A stretch of DNA of 64,000 nucleotides. Source: a virus. Below the pieces are notes generated by a model. It was not told the origin of the DNA and made no database searches. It was given only the letters and a program-made list of their open reading frames with translations. Shown one piece after another: positions 36,492 through 46,303 of this stretch. How positions within the stretch are numbered: the first letter of the stretch is position 1; every line of letters begins with the position of its first letter. Location: the IMG/VR virus record IMGVR_UViG_3300029286_000030; one strand, given 5' to 3'. The translations under genes were made by a program, and so were the position numbers.

Positions 36492-39306
36492 CTAATGTAC
36501 TATTAAATACATTCACTTTCGCAAAGTCCCCAAATAGTAATATGAGTTTATAATAATCTTTTATTACAAAATATTCTACTCCGTCAATTGAAGCAAACTC
36601 AATTCTATAATCTTGTTCAAGTTTATGCTTATCAAGTCTATCAATAATTGATGAAACTCCACGATTTTCTGGTTTATAATTACTATTAGCTATATAGTCG
36701 TGTAATTCTCCAACATATATTGTACCCTTCTTTCCTTTTTCTCTTACAAAATTATATATTGAAGATACAACTGCTTTCATTTCAAGATTCTCATTATCGA
36801 AACTTGCTTTAAGCCCAGCACTTAAAAACTTATTAACATCTGGATTATCAACAACTTTTTCAAAACTTCTTAAATTAATTGATTTGCATACTTCTAAATA
36901 ATGTTTTGCTTTATCAACAATTCTAACTGCATCATAATTATTATTAATTATATCATTCATATAATCAAGACATGCTAATCGCAATGCTGTTCCATTTAAG
37001 TGTTTATAACTATTCAATGAGCCACTCATAAATTTTCGAACACTTTCTACACTTGCTTTTTCAGCAAATGCTGCTATTGTATCAGCATATGTTTTATCAA
37101 ATGGAGTGTCCAAAAAAGCGCGTATTTGTGGGTCTCTTAACATTTTTGTAAATACAGGTGCCGCTTGTTTTCGTATATACTCTGTTTTGGCAAATAATAC
37201 ATCAAGTTCATCTTCTGTATATTTTTGTTTTCCACTAATACGATTAGTATCTGGATCAAAAACAATTAATCCTATTCTACTTCCAATTGCGGCAAAATTA
37301 CTTGTAATTGATTTTAAAGTTGAATCAAACTGTCGTACAATTTCACTCATTGATTCTGCTTTATCTGAAAATTCTTTTATTTCTTTTGGATTTCCTAAAA
37401 ATGTTATTGAAGATAATCCTTCACATGTTATACTTTTTTTACCAACATCAATATTTATTATACCCATTTCTAAGAAACTTAATAGTTTTCCATATAAAGA
37501 TTTAGGTTGTTCTTCTTCAAGTTCATCAATATATACTGGCATTACATATCTATGTAATGTTCCACGATTAATTTCATCACCAGTTGCAAACCCCATTAAA
37601 TTTTGTATTGTTGTTCTAGCTGCATTATGCCCCATTCTTGTTGATATAGTTGTTTTTCCAGCTTTAGTGCCTGTATAAATAACTTTATGATTATTATAAA
37701 ACTGATATGTAAAAAAATCAGCTGTAGAAATATCTGGTATTAAAAAATCACTTTCCATTGCTAATTTAACTCTATTATCAATATTTAACCCAAGTGAAAC
37801 ATGATCCTCGATAAGTTTCTTTGTGTCTTCATTACTCAAAGACTTTACATCATCTTCATCAATACCAGAACCTAAACATCTTAAGTATGAATTAATATTT
37901 TTCATATCTTCAGTTACAATCCAATCAAAAAGAGTTGAATCTTGTGACATTTTTTCAGCTTTCTTCTTATCCATACCAAAATTAACTGCCATCTTTATTA
38001 ATATTTTTGGTTCTGGTGGGTGTTCTAAAAACAAATCATATAATACGTGATTAGTTTTTAATGGAGTTACAAACTTTAATTGGTCTCCTTCTCTTACTTC
38101 AGATTCATCTAAACAAAGGAGATATCTAAAAGGATTACCAACAAGAATTCTTGTTTCAAATAAAGTATATACTGGTGTATTAGTTATAACATCGTGTTCT
38201 CCAAGAAGTGTATTATTTCCTTGGTAAACATTTTTCATAATAACAATTTTAGCTTTTTCTGCTTTCTTTGTAAATTTAACTTTCTTGTCATCATATCTAA
38301 AATTATTATATTGACATTTGAAACATGGATCTTTTGTTCCTGTTTTTTTACAATAATTAAAAATTTCACCACAATTAAATTTCTTTAAAGTTCCTGCTTT
38401 AAATGAATCGTCCCATCCTTCAAATTCTTTTTGTTCCATTCCTTGAAATTTGCAAAAAGATTCTCTTAATTCTTTGTTTCCAGTATAATTAGTATAAACT
38501 GCTAAATTTTTAATTAAAATACTATGCCTATCTCCTTCTGGAAACTTTTCAGTTAATGCTACAGTATCAAAAAATGGGCATTTTCTTTTTGCTTCAACTT
38601 CTGTACTAATAGTTTCAGAATCATTCATTTTAGAAGTAATTGGGTTGTCCTTATATAAATTATTAATAAGATCTATAAATTCAAAATTATCATTATATCC
38701 TCTATAATCTAACCATCTTGATAATTTTTTAGCACTAAGATTAAATGTTCCTATTACTCTAGAAACTCTTGATAAATTAAATGTTGCAGAATCAACTCCA
38801 AATTTATCAACTAAATGTTGCTTTAATATTTTAAGTTTTTGTTTCCACTCTTCTCTATTTTCTTTTGTTATAACTACTGCTTTAAAAGGAACTAATAAAT
38901 GATATCCTCTTCCACTAAATGCCATAGATGCGGCAATATTATTATTATTAAATCTTAATAATAAATCAGTTGCTTGTTTTTCTATTTCTTCAATAGATTG
39001 TTTTTCGTTGTGCGCATCAAAATCACACATTATACATCCAAGCCGTTTTACATCTTCATCTCCACCCTTAAGATGTTCTCTTTCATTAAGGCCTGCAGAA
39101 ATATTCATTCCCTTATCAATATTATCTTCAATAGTACTCAAAAATTCGTCTTTAGAATGAACAAAGAAATTTCGAGCTGGAGAATTATGTTTATTATTAT
39201 ATAATCTTAATTCTGTCTCTGACTCGTGGTGAAGGAGATCGTAATATTTCTCCGCATCTTCGCGACAATAATTATTGTTCGTTTCCACTAAAATCGTCCC
39301 CATCAT
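36475..39306 (-). CDS. Primase-helicase fusion: N-terminal archaeo-eukaryotic primase (prim-pol) domain + C-terminal P-loop (SF3/D5-like) helicase
   Basis: AEP motifs CDFDAHN and SGRGYHLLVPF; Walker A YTGTKAGKTTIS; 17-nt overlap with polB. Confidence 0.8.
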   Translation of the reverse strand: MMGTILVETNNNYCREDAEKYYDLLHHESETELRLYNNKHNSPARNFFVHSKDEFLSTIEDNIDKGMNISAGLNEREHLKGGDEDVKRLGCIMCDFDAHNEKQSIEEIEKQATDLLLRFNNNNIAASMAFSGRGYHLLVPFKAVVITKENREEWKQKLKILKQHLVDKFGVDSATFNLSRVSRVIGTFNLSAKKLSRWLDYRGYNDNFEFIDLINNLYKDNPITSKMNDSETISTEVEAKRKCPFFDTVALTEKFPEGDRHSILIKNLAVYTNYTGNKELRESFCKFQGMEQKEFEGWDDSFKAGTLKKFNCGEIFNYCKKTGTKDPCFKCQYNNFRYDDKKVKFTKKAEKAKIVIMKNVYQGNNTLLGEHDVITNTPVYTLFETRILVGNPFRYLLCLDESEVREGDQLKFVTPLKTNHVLYDLFLEHPPEPKILIKMAVNFGMDKKKAEKMSQDSTLFDWIVTEDMKNINSYLRCLGSGIDEDDVKSLSNEDTKKLIEDHVSLGLNIDNRVKLAMESDFLIPDISTADFFTYQFYNNHKVIYTGTKAGKTTISTRMGHNAARTTIQNLMGFATGDEINRGTLHRYVMPVYIDELEEEQPKSLYGKLLSFLEMGIINIDVGKKSITCEGLSSITFLGNPKEIKEFSDKAESMSEIVRQFDSTLKSITSNFAAIGSRIGLIVFDPDTNRISGKQKYTEDELDVLFAKTEYIRKQAAPVFTKMLRDPQIRAFLDTPFDKTYADTIAAFAEKASVESVRKFMSGSLNSYKHLNGTALRLACLDYMNDIINNNYDAVRIVDKAKHYLEVCKSINLRSFEKVVDNPDVNKFLSAGLKASFDNENLEMKAVVSSIYNFVREKGKKGTIYVGELHDYIANSNYKPENRGVSSIIDRLDKHKLEQDYRIEFASIDGVEYFVIKDYYKLILLFGDFAKVNVFNSTLGAFNG

Positions 39307-39502
39307 TTAATTCAACATAATCAATGATTGAACTTATTCGTATTCCGCGTTTTTGATTTTTTAGATCGATCCCCTCCACAAACTCATTACTAATCGAAGT
39401 AACCCGTAGAGTATATATACTATTTTGTTCAAACCCTTTTGAAACCATTAATTTATAACGGCGCCCTATCTCTAATACCATATCCTTCACCATCCTTTTC
39501 AA
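39272..39502 (-). CDS. Hypothetical protein (76 aa)
   Basis: ORF only. Confidence 0.3.
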   Translation of the reverse strand: MKRMVKDMVLEIGRRYKLMVSKGFEQNSIYTLRVTSISNEFVEGIDLKNQKRGIRISSIIDYVELNDGDDFSGNEQ

Positions 39503-39567
39503 TTATCCTTCTTTTTTTAAAAGAAGTTATTAAATAATATTACCACAAATCTCTTTTTAAAGCTATG

Positions 39568-40257
39568 TTATTTTTCGAATTTTCCACCCTTACTTAAATT
39601 TTCATACCACCATAAAGGTTGAAGATTAGTATGATGAAAGCACTTCTTTTGTTCTTCATCTTGACTTAAATCAAAAGAACAACAAGGGATAATGTGATCG
39701 ATGTGCCATCCTTTAGATCCATAATTATCCCAAGACATATTATCTTTGAATTGTTTTTCTAAATGAGTTCGGCATTCCCTAATTGTGCACCCAAGTAATT
39801 CTGTTGTATGAAAAGCCTTTTTACCATATCCAAAAATTAGTGCTCTATGGATTCTACGCATTATATTAGATTTTAATTTATAATTAATGTTTGTTTTCAT
39901 TTTATTAGCATTATATATACGCCGTTTCATATTTATTATTTCTCTATTATTTTTTACATATTCTTGATATTTTTTTCGTATATGGTCTATATTTTTTAAT
40001 ATATATTGGGTTCTTTTTATTTTTCGATCTTCTTTTATGCTACTATTTTGGAGATATATTAGCTGTCTTTTTTTAATATAATTTTTATTTTTTAAATCAT
40101 AGATTTTTCTTTTTATTTTTCGATCCTCTTTTATATTTGGTTGTTGTAAATATTGTCTTATTTTTTCCTTATTTTTAATTGCATATTTTTTACTTTGTTC
40201 TCTTATTTTTTCTTTATTTTTTATATACCAAATTTTTTTATATTCTTTTATATCCAT
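39568..40257 (-). CDS. HNH endonuclease paralogue with Lys-rich repeats
   Basis: GWHIDHIIPCCSFDL...CFHHTNLQPLWWYENLSKGGKF. Confidence 0.8.
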   Translation of the reverse strand: MDIKEYKKIWYIKNKEKIREQSKKYAIKNKEKIRQYLQQPNIKEDRKIKRKIYDLKNKNYIKKRQLIYLQNSSIKEDRKIKRTQYILKNIDHIRKKYQEYVKNNREIINMKRRIYNANKMKTNINYKLKSNIMRRIHRALIFGYGKKAFHTTELLGCTIRECRTHLEKQFKDNMSWDNYGSKGWHIDHIIPCCSFDLSQDEEQKKCFHHTNLQPLWWYENLSKGGKFEK

Positions 40258-40264
40258 TATAATA

Positions 40265-40432
40265 TCACTTCATTGACTTAATTTTATGTTCAGAAAATTC
40301 TAATATTTTATCAATAAAATTAGGACGACTAATTACTGTTTTAGTTTTATTCTGGTACTCTATAAATATTTTATTTAATTTTTCCATTTGATCCAATCGC
40401 ATATGAATCATTTTTCTATTTTCGTTTACCAT
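40265..40432 (-). CDS. Small protein (55 aa), leaderless promoter
   Basis: ATG 23 nt downstream of TTTATAAA (40455-40462); below the ORF-track size cutoff. Confidence 0.3.
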   Translation of the reverse strand: MVNENRKMIHMRLDQMEKLNKIFIEYQNKTKTVISRPNFIDKILEFSEHKIKSMK

Positions 40433-40480
40433 AATATATTATAGTACAAAAGAGTTTATAAATGTATGCAAAGTACACAT

Positions 40481-41254
40481 CTAATCAATAGAATATATTA
40501 TAGTCACAGTGGCATCTACTGAAACATCGCCTGGAGTTATTTGTGTTGGTGGTGTATATGAAGTTGTAACTGATCCAGCTGCACTATCCATTGCTTTCAT
40601 CATAGGATAATAATTATAAGAATTTTCTGATATATTCATAACTTTTCCTAAAGTAACACCTAACCCTTTGGCCATTGATACTGCTTTAAGTTTTGCACTA
40701 GCTGAAGCTTCTTCAAGGGCTTGTGCTTTTATTTCATTTTGTTTTGAGTCAGTAAGAGTAAATGAAACACTTTGAACTCTATTTGCTCCTGCACGAACAG
40801 CAGCATCTATTACACTTCCAGATTTAGTTATATCTGTTAAAGTGATTTGTAAAGAATTAACTGTTATATATCCATTTTTATCTTGTCTATTATAAGAAGA
40901 ATTCCAAACATATTGTTCATTTTCATAATATGAAAGGGTTTTAATATCTTTAATTCCTATATCATCCAATGCATTTCGTACATTATCTGAAATACGCGCA
41001 TTATCTTCTTGGCTTGCTTGTGCTGATTCATTCCATGTTTCGATATTCAATATAATTTCTACTTTATCTGGCATAACTTTTTTGGATACAGTTCCAGAAG
41101 TACTTAATGTTTTTTGCGTTGGATTAATATCAGGAGTATTATTATCGAAAATCATTCCCATTGAAAATGCTGCCGTTATTAAAATAGCTGCAGTAAAAAT
41201 TGCAATAAGAATCAACATATTATAAGGCGGTGCCTGTGGTTTATCATTAGTCAT
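40481..41254 (-). CDS. SIMPL/DUF541 family secreted protein; start at second Met (MTNDKPQ)
   Basis: N-terminal TM/signal; SIMPL-like pattern; TTTATAAA at 41278-41285 is 24 nt upstream of 41254. Confidence 0.7.
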   Translation of the reverse strand: MTNDKPQAPPYNMLILIAIFTAAILITAAFSMGMIFDNNTPDINPTQKTLSTSGTVSKKVMPDKVEIILNIETWNESAQASQEDNARISDNVRNALDDIGIKDIKTLSYYENEQYVWNSSYNRQDKNGYITVNSLQITLTDITKSGSVIDAAVRAGANRVQSVSFTLTDSKQNEIKAQALEEASASAKLKAVSMAKGLGVTLGKVMNISENSYNYYPMMKAMDSAAGSVTTSYTPPTQITPGDVSVDATVTIIYSID

Positions 41255-41412
41255 ATATATCTTTACCCTCAATCTCTTTATAAATTTATCTTTTTTACGC
41301 GGCTACGGCCATACTAAGTGGAATCCAATTAAATATAAAACCATTAATAATATAACTATTCCAATCATCACTGCAACAAGTGCATTTGTATTGTCTTTTT
41401 CTTCCATAAAAA

Positions 41413-41844
41413 TCACTTTAATATATCCTCTAAATTTTTCCAGAAAAATCTTACTTTATTAACATCTTGCCCTTTTAAATATGTTGGAGATAAAGTACAT
41501 TTGCCCATATTATTGAACATTTCAGCAAAATCCTCTTCCTCATTTGTTTTGGCGTAATCGCTTATATATATATTTGAATCTAAAAATATCTGTTTATATT
41601 CATCTCGTTGTGATTGACTTAATTTATTAAAATAAATATAATGCCCTGATTCATGCCCAGCAGCATTCAATACATTTGCTACAGGATAATCTTTAGGACT
41701 AATATACATTAAGTTAATCTCTCTACTATATCCACCACTTGTTAAAAAATATGCTCGTAATAAAAGAAAGAAAAATAAAGCTAATATGATGAATAATAGC
41801 AATTTTTTTCCAGTTCCTATTTTTTCGTCAGAAATATTTATCAA
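41413..41844 (-). CDS. Membrane-anchored small protein with HExxH motif (AGHESGHYIYF), putative minimal zinc metallopeptidase
   Basis: N-terminal TM; HESGH plus downstream EEEDFAEMF; overlaps MTAP gene end (operon). Confidence 0.45.
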   Translation of the reverse strand: MINISDEKIGTGKKLLLFIILALFFFLLLRAYFLTSGGYSREINLMYISPKDYPVANVLNAAGHESGHYIYFNKLSQSQRDEYKQIFLDSNIYISDYAKTNEEEDFAEMFNNMGKCTLSPTYLKGQDVNKVRFFWKNLEDILK

Positions 41845-42508
41845 CTTCCGGTAAAATTTTATCTAATAATGTAACTATTTTATTTACATTTAATGCCATT
41901 GTTTTTTTTACTTCATCGTGTGATACTTCGCGGCCTTCTTTCCAACTATCATAATCAGTTACCATATTAATAACACAATAAGGCATTCCCAATTCTTTAG
42001 CTAAAAAACATTCTGGGCAAGTGGTCATATTTATTATATCTGCTCCAAATGATTTAAACATTCTACTTTCTGCTCTTGTTGAAAATCGTGGGCCTTCAAT
42101 TGTAATAAGTGATTTACATGGTTTTACATATTTAAGTATTATTTTTCTAAGTTTTTTATCAAAAATTTCCCCCATACTTACATGCCTATTTGTGTGTGTT
42201 ATATTTCGTATAGTCCAATCAATAACACTATCAGGGCATACTAACATTCCGGGTTTAATTTTTTCATTTAAACTTCCACAAGCAGATAATGAAATAATTG
42301 CTTTGCACTTATGTAAACTCATTAAATAATTATTTTCTTTATATGAAACACTTGATGGCATTAACTGATGTTCTACCCCATGTCTAGAAATAAATAAAAC
42401 ATCAACGCCATTAATTTTTGTAATACAGTATGCACTTTGTCCAATAATTTGAGTGTATTTTCCTTTAACATATTTTTCTAATCCAGTTCCACCAATTATA
42501 GCAATCAT
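41828..42508 (-). CDS. 5'-methylthioadenosine/purine nucleoside phosphorylase (MTAP family)
   Basis: IIGGTGL; [12 protein letters not shown]; [13 protein letters not shown]; [31 protein letters not shown]; VTDYDSWKE all align to MTAP. Confidence 0.9.
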   Translation of the reverse strand: MIAIIGGTGLEKYVKGKYTQIIGQSAYCITKINGVDVLFISRHGVEHQLMPSSVSYKENNYLMSLHKCKAIISLSACGSLNEKIKPGMLVCPDSVIDWTIRNITHTNRHVSMGEIFDKKLRKIILKYVKPCKSLITIEGPRFSTRAESRMFKSFGADIINMTTCPECFLAKELGMPYCVINMVTDYDSWKEGREVSHDEVKKTMALNVNKIVTLLDKILPEVDKYF

Positions 42509-43017
42509 ACTTTCAACCCCGAAATAACTTTATATTTTTTAAGTTTTTTAGAACCTTTTAATGCAACAATTTCTAAAACAAATAAGCATCCAACTACTTT
42601 AGCTCCAGATCGTTTAACTAATTTACAAACAGCTTCTGCAGTTCCACCAGTTGCTAGAACATCGTCTACAATTAAAACTCGTTTTCCTTTAATATCTTCT
42701 GGATTTATTTCTATTTCAGCTTCACCATATTCCAATAAATATTTTTGTGAAATTGTCTTTCTTGGGAGTTTTCCCTTCTTTCTAGCTGGAACAAACCCAA
42801 CATATCTATCCATTGCTAAGACAGAACCAAATATAAATCCTCTGCTTTCTATACCAACAATAATATCAAATTTAAGTGGTGCAATTTTATCTAGAAGTAA
42901 ATGAATGCTTTGATTAAATAATTTATTATCCCTAAGTATTGTAGTTACATCCCTAAACATTATTCCTTTTTTAGGAAAATCCTTTATTATTTTTGTTTTT
43001 TCTAATGGATTATTCAT
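42505..43017 (-). CDS. apt: Adenine phosphoribosyltransferase
   Basis: PRPP-binding [16 protein letters not shown]; APRT length and layout. Confidence 0.88.
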   Translation of the reverse strand: MNNPLEKTKIIKDFPKKGIMFRDVTTILRDNKLFNQSIHLLLDKIAPLKFDIIVGIESRGFIFGSVLAMDRYVGFVPARKKGKLPRKTISQKYLLEYGEAEIEINPEDIKGKRVLIVDDVLATGGTAEAVCKLVKRSGAKVVGCLFVLEIVALKGSKKLKKYKVISGLKV

Positions 43018-43793
43018 TTTAACACGTCCTTTTCTTTAACTGCATAACATCCCATATGGCTTACAGATATTGCTCCAGCCTTATTAGCTAATTTAATAGA
43101 ATCAATTAATGGATACCCTTTATTCAAGAAATGTACTAAAGTAGCAATAACTGTATCTCCCGCACCAGTCACATCTACACACTTTGTAGGAATTGCTGGG
43201 AATCGTATAATCTTTTCATGCGCGCTTAATACCATTCCTTTAGATCCTCGTGTAATCAATGTATTTTCAAACCAGTCATCAGTTAAACCTAATTTGGTCA
43301 TTTCAATAAATTCTTTTTCGTTTGGTTTTATTAAATAACATCCTTTAAACCATTTAAAATGATTAGGTTTACAATCTACAATAACTTTTGATCCGGTTGA
43401 CATTATAGTTTTAGCTACTTTACGAGTTATTGCTCCTTTATTATAATCACTTACTAAAATATAATCATATTTTTCAGCTAAAATATCGTCAATTAAATTC
43501 TGTTCTTTTTCCTTTATTCTATCTCGAGAGTATTTTGGTGTTTCATCATCAAATCTAAATATATATTTTCCTCTATCAGAGATTCTTATTTTAGTACTTC
43601 GTTCTCCTGAATAGAAAAAATCTACTTCAGATCCAAGTGTTTCTAGATTTTCTTTAACGTTTCCAGCACCGCCAATTTTCATTTCAGTAGTTAGTGCTGT
43701 ATAACAAGGAATATTTCCTTCTGGATTAGATCGTGGTTTACAATTATAATAAACATCTAATATAAAATCGCCAACTACACATATCTTATTCAT
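43014..43793 (-). CDS. hldA: pfkB-family sugar kinase, D-glycero-beta-D-manno-heptose-7-phosphate kinase (HldE domain I / HldA-like)
   Basis: [40 protein letters not shown] align to HldE kinase domain. Confidence 0.8.
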   Translation of the reverse strand: MNKICVVGDFILDVYYNCKPRSNPEGNIPCYTALTTEMKIGGAGNVKENLETLGSEVDFFYSGERSTKIRISDRGKYIFRFDDETPKYSRDRIKEKEQNLIDDILAEKYDYILVSDYNKGAITRKVAKTIMSTGSKVIVDCKPNHFKWFKGCYLIKPNEKEFIEMTKLGLTDDWFENTLITRGSKGMVLSAHEKIIRFPAIPTKCVDVTGAGDTVIATLVHFLNKGYPLIDSIKLANKAGAISVSHMGCYAVKEKDVLK

Positions 43794-44602
43794 TTTTTCA
43801 TCTCCTTTAAAGCGTCTTTTAAACTATAAAAATTATCTGTATACCCAGCTGCTTTCAGTGGACCAAGATCTGCTTTAGTCCCAACTTGTAATTTTCCTTT
43901 TAATTCATACGGCATATCAATCATATTTGGAACTGCACCTATCTCTTTAAATAAGTCATTATATGTTATATTTGTTCCAGTGCCAACATCATATATTCCT
44001 TGTATATAATGCAATCTAAAATGATCGATTATTTTAACTACATCTTTAACATAAATATAATCCCTTGCAGATTGTTCTGTTCCTCTAAAAAGCTTAGTAT
44101 TTCCATCAAGTATTTTAGTTACAAAACTTCGCATTTCTCCTTTATGTGATTCATTGGGTCCATATACATTAAAAAATCTTAATCCAACTGCACGATTTGC
44201 AATAGTATTATCAACTAAAAGTTTTGATGCGGCATAATAATTAAGTGGGTATCCATCATTTCCATAAACAGATGCACTACTCGCATATATGAATGGTATA
44301 TAATGTTTAAGAGCATTTAAAAATAATGATATTGTATATTTATAATTATTATCATAACATAATTCACTATTAGCAGTTGTATCAGAAGTGGCTCCTAAAT
44401 GTATTATAGCATCAATTCCTGTTAAATCAGTTGATCCATCCAAATCATTTTTATCTAAATAACTTGTATATTTTAATCCTTCAAGATTCTTAAAATTATC
44501 TAATTTAGTATCTACAATTAGAATATCTGTTATCCCAATAGAATTTAAATATCTAATATAATTAGATCCAATAAATCCAGCTCCACCAGTCACCATTATC
44601 AT
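43790..44602 (-). CDS. hldD: ADP-L-glycero-D-manno-heptose 6-epimerase
   Basis: MIMVTGGAGFIGSN, GITDILIVD, DNNYKYT, IPFIYASSASVYG, RFFNVYGPNESHKG, KLKGKLQVGTKADLGPLKAAGY align along full length to HldD. Confidence 0.9.
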   Translation of the reverse strand: MIMVTGGAGFIGSNYIRYLNSIGITDILIVDTKLDNFKNLEGLKYTSYLDKNDLDGSTDLTGIDAIIHLGATSDTTANSELCYDNNYKYTISLFLNALKHYIPFIYASSASVYGNDGYPLNYYAASKLLVDNTIANRAVGLRFFNVYGPNESHKGEMRSFVTKILDGNTKLFRGTEQSARDYIYVKDVVKIIDHFRLHYIQGIYDVGTGTNITYNDLFKEIGAVPNMIDMPYELKGKLQVGTKADLGPLKAAGYTDNFYSLKDALKEMKK

Positions 44603-44748
44603 TTATACTCAACTCCTTTAAATTTTACCATTTCAACTACTTCTCTTCCACAATGTTTACATCTATATACTTCATGTTCTGTTCCATTTTTTTGTATATC
44701 GCAAACATACTGTATTTCCCCATTGCACTCTTTGCAATATATTACCAT
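44599..44748 (-). CDS. Zn-ribbon mini-protein (49 aa)
   Basis: CKEC...CDIQ...CKHCG; fills gap between cupin and hldD; below the ORF-track cutoff. Confidence 0.3.
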   Translation of the reverse strand: MVIYCKECNGEIQYVCDIQKNGTEHEVYRCKHCGREVVEMVKFKGVEYK

Positions 44749-45087
44749 TTAATCTCCCTTTATAATTCTATAACTATCTGATTCAAAATGTTGCGTAGAT
44801 ATTTCTATTATATCAGAATCACATAACGCTTCTACTGAATGGCACATTCCAGGAGTTATATGAAAACTATCTCCTTCTCCAAGCACATGCTTTTTAATAA
44901 TATCAACACCTTCAATAATATAAAGATTAATAGTTCCTTTTAGAACATAAAATGTTTCATCCTTGATTTTATGATAGTGAAGACTACATTTTTTTCCTTT
45001 ATTAAAATGAAGTATTTTACCACAGTAGAGCTCATTATTAACTAACCAATTTTCGTATCCCCAGCCTTTTTTATGTATATCAGTCAT
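44749..45087 (-). CDS. Cupin-2 metal-binding protein (possible cupin-type sugar-phosphate isomerase)
   Basis: Cupin motif 1 HYHKIKDETFYVLKG and motif 2 GDSFHITPGMCHSVEA. Confidence 0.75.
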   Translation of the reverse strand: MTDIHKKGWGYENWLVNNELYCGKILHFNKGKKCSLHYHKIKDETFYVLKGTINLYIIEGVDIIKKHVLGEGDSFHITPGMCHSVEALCDSDIIEISTQHFESDSYRIIKGD

Positions 45088-45241
45088 GAAAACAACATTA
45101 CTCCTGATACCATCATAGCACCCATTGTAAAACCAAAACTATAATCTAATAAAATCTCATGATTTGTAAAAATAAATAATATGGGTAATAGCAATGATGC
45201 AAAAATTAAAATTACACCCATTATTTTATTCAAAAAATCAT

Positions 45242-45445
45242 TCATATTTTCAAATCCTTTTCTTTTAATCTAGATTCATATTCTGTTTTTGTTATTTCTT
45301 CGAATGGTATTAGTGTTCTATCATTGTCGAATTGACAATAACACATTCCAAACCCACCGCTTCCAACTGATTTCATCATATTCGTTTTCGTTTCAAGCTC
45401 TCCGCACTCTGGGCACCTGAAATATTTTTCTCTGTTTTTTCCCAT
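45242..45445 (-). CDS. Zn-ribbon mini-protein (67 aa)
   Basis: FRCPECGE...CYCQF. Confidence 0.45.
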   Translation of the reverse strand: MGKNREKYFRCPECGELETKTNMMKSVGSGGFGMCYCQFDNDRTLIPFEEITKTEYESRLKEKDLKI

Positions 45446-45609
45446 TTTTTCGCCTTCTTTGATGTGTTTAATTCTTCTTTTATTTTTTCCTCTAATGCAG
45501 TTAACTGTTTTATTACTAATTTATTACTAAAATGAGTTCCAATAGCAGTTCCAAATCCTGCTCCGATTCCCATAATAGCACCAGTAATAACAGATTCAAT
45601 TAAACTCAT
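45376..45609 (-). CDS. Small Gly-zipper membrane protein (77 aa)
   Basis: GAIMGIGAGFGTAIG hydrophobic Gly-rich helix; overlaps previous ORF in another frame. Confidence 0.35.
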   Translation of the reverse strand: MSLIESVITGAIMGIGAGFGTAIGTHFSNKLVIKQLTALEEKIKEELNTSKKAKKWEKTEKNISGAQSAESLKRKRI

Positions 45610-45947
45610 TTTTTCACCTTCTTTGATTTACCAAATAATAATTCTAAATCTTTTGGATTACATAATCTTTTCTTTTTCTTTACTAGCTTCCTTTTATCTG
45701 AATATATTTGTTTTACAAAATCATTTACAAATGTTTTAGTGCATGCTTCACAAACATATGTCCATTGCCCAGTTTTACTATCTACTCCAATTTCACAAAA
45801 CGGTCTAAAACTCCAAAAATTCCACCATGGATTTTCTTTAACTATTTTTTTACAATATGCACATTTTTTTTCTCGTTTAGCTTCTCTAATACTTTCAAAA
45901 AACCCCATTTTAGGAAATCTAACTAATTGTTCGCCATCAATACTCAT
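45606..45947 (-). CDS. Cys-rich Zn-binding protein (113 aa)
   Basis: CAYCKK...CEIG...CEAC. Confidence 0.45.
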   Translation of the reverse strand: MSIDGEQLVRFPKMGFFESIREAKREKKCAYCKKIVKENPWWNFWSFRPFCEIGVDSKTGQWTYVCEACTKTFVNDFVKQIYSDKRKLVKKKKRLCNPKDLELLFGKSKKVKK

Positions 45948-46303
45948 TGTTTCACCCTAGTATCTTCAACAATTGGTTTACCATCAAATACTCCATTTAT
46001 ATGAATTCCTGGAACCATATCATACCATCCTATTTTTAATGTTTGATCTAAAATAAACCCAGCAATAAATATTGGTACTGCAATAAACCATAATCCTTGT
46101 GCCCAAAAATAAAGACCAATTACTCCACCAAGAGCCAATAATATATTTGCACTCATAATCATCGCCACAATAAATATGCCGCAATCATTCCTAAGCAATA
46201 CAATGGAAAAAAATTCATTTCTTGTCCAAGTGCAAAGTAAAAAGATACCACAATTAAAATACCACAAATCAAATTTTTCATTTTTTAGCCCCTTTTTTAC
46301 CAA
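45944..46303 (-). CDS. Membrane protein (119 aa)
   Basis: Three hydrophobic segments. Confidence 0.4.
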   Translation of the reverse strand: MVKKGLKNEKFDLWYFNCGIFLLCTWTRNEFFSIVLLRNDCGIFIVAMIMSANILLALGGVIGLYFWAQGLWFIAVPIFIAGFILDQTLKIGWYDMVPGIHINGVFDGKPIVEDTRVKQ

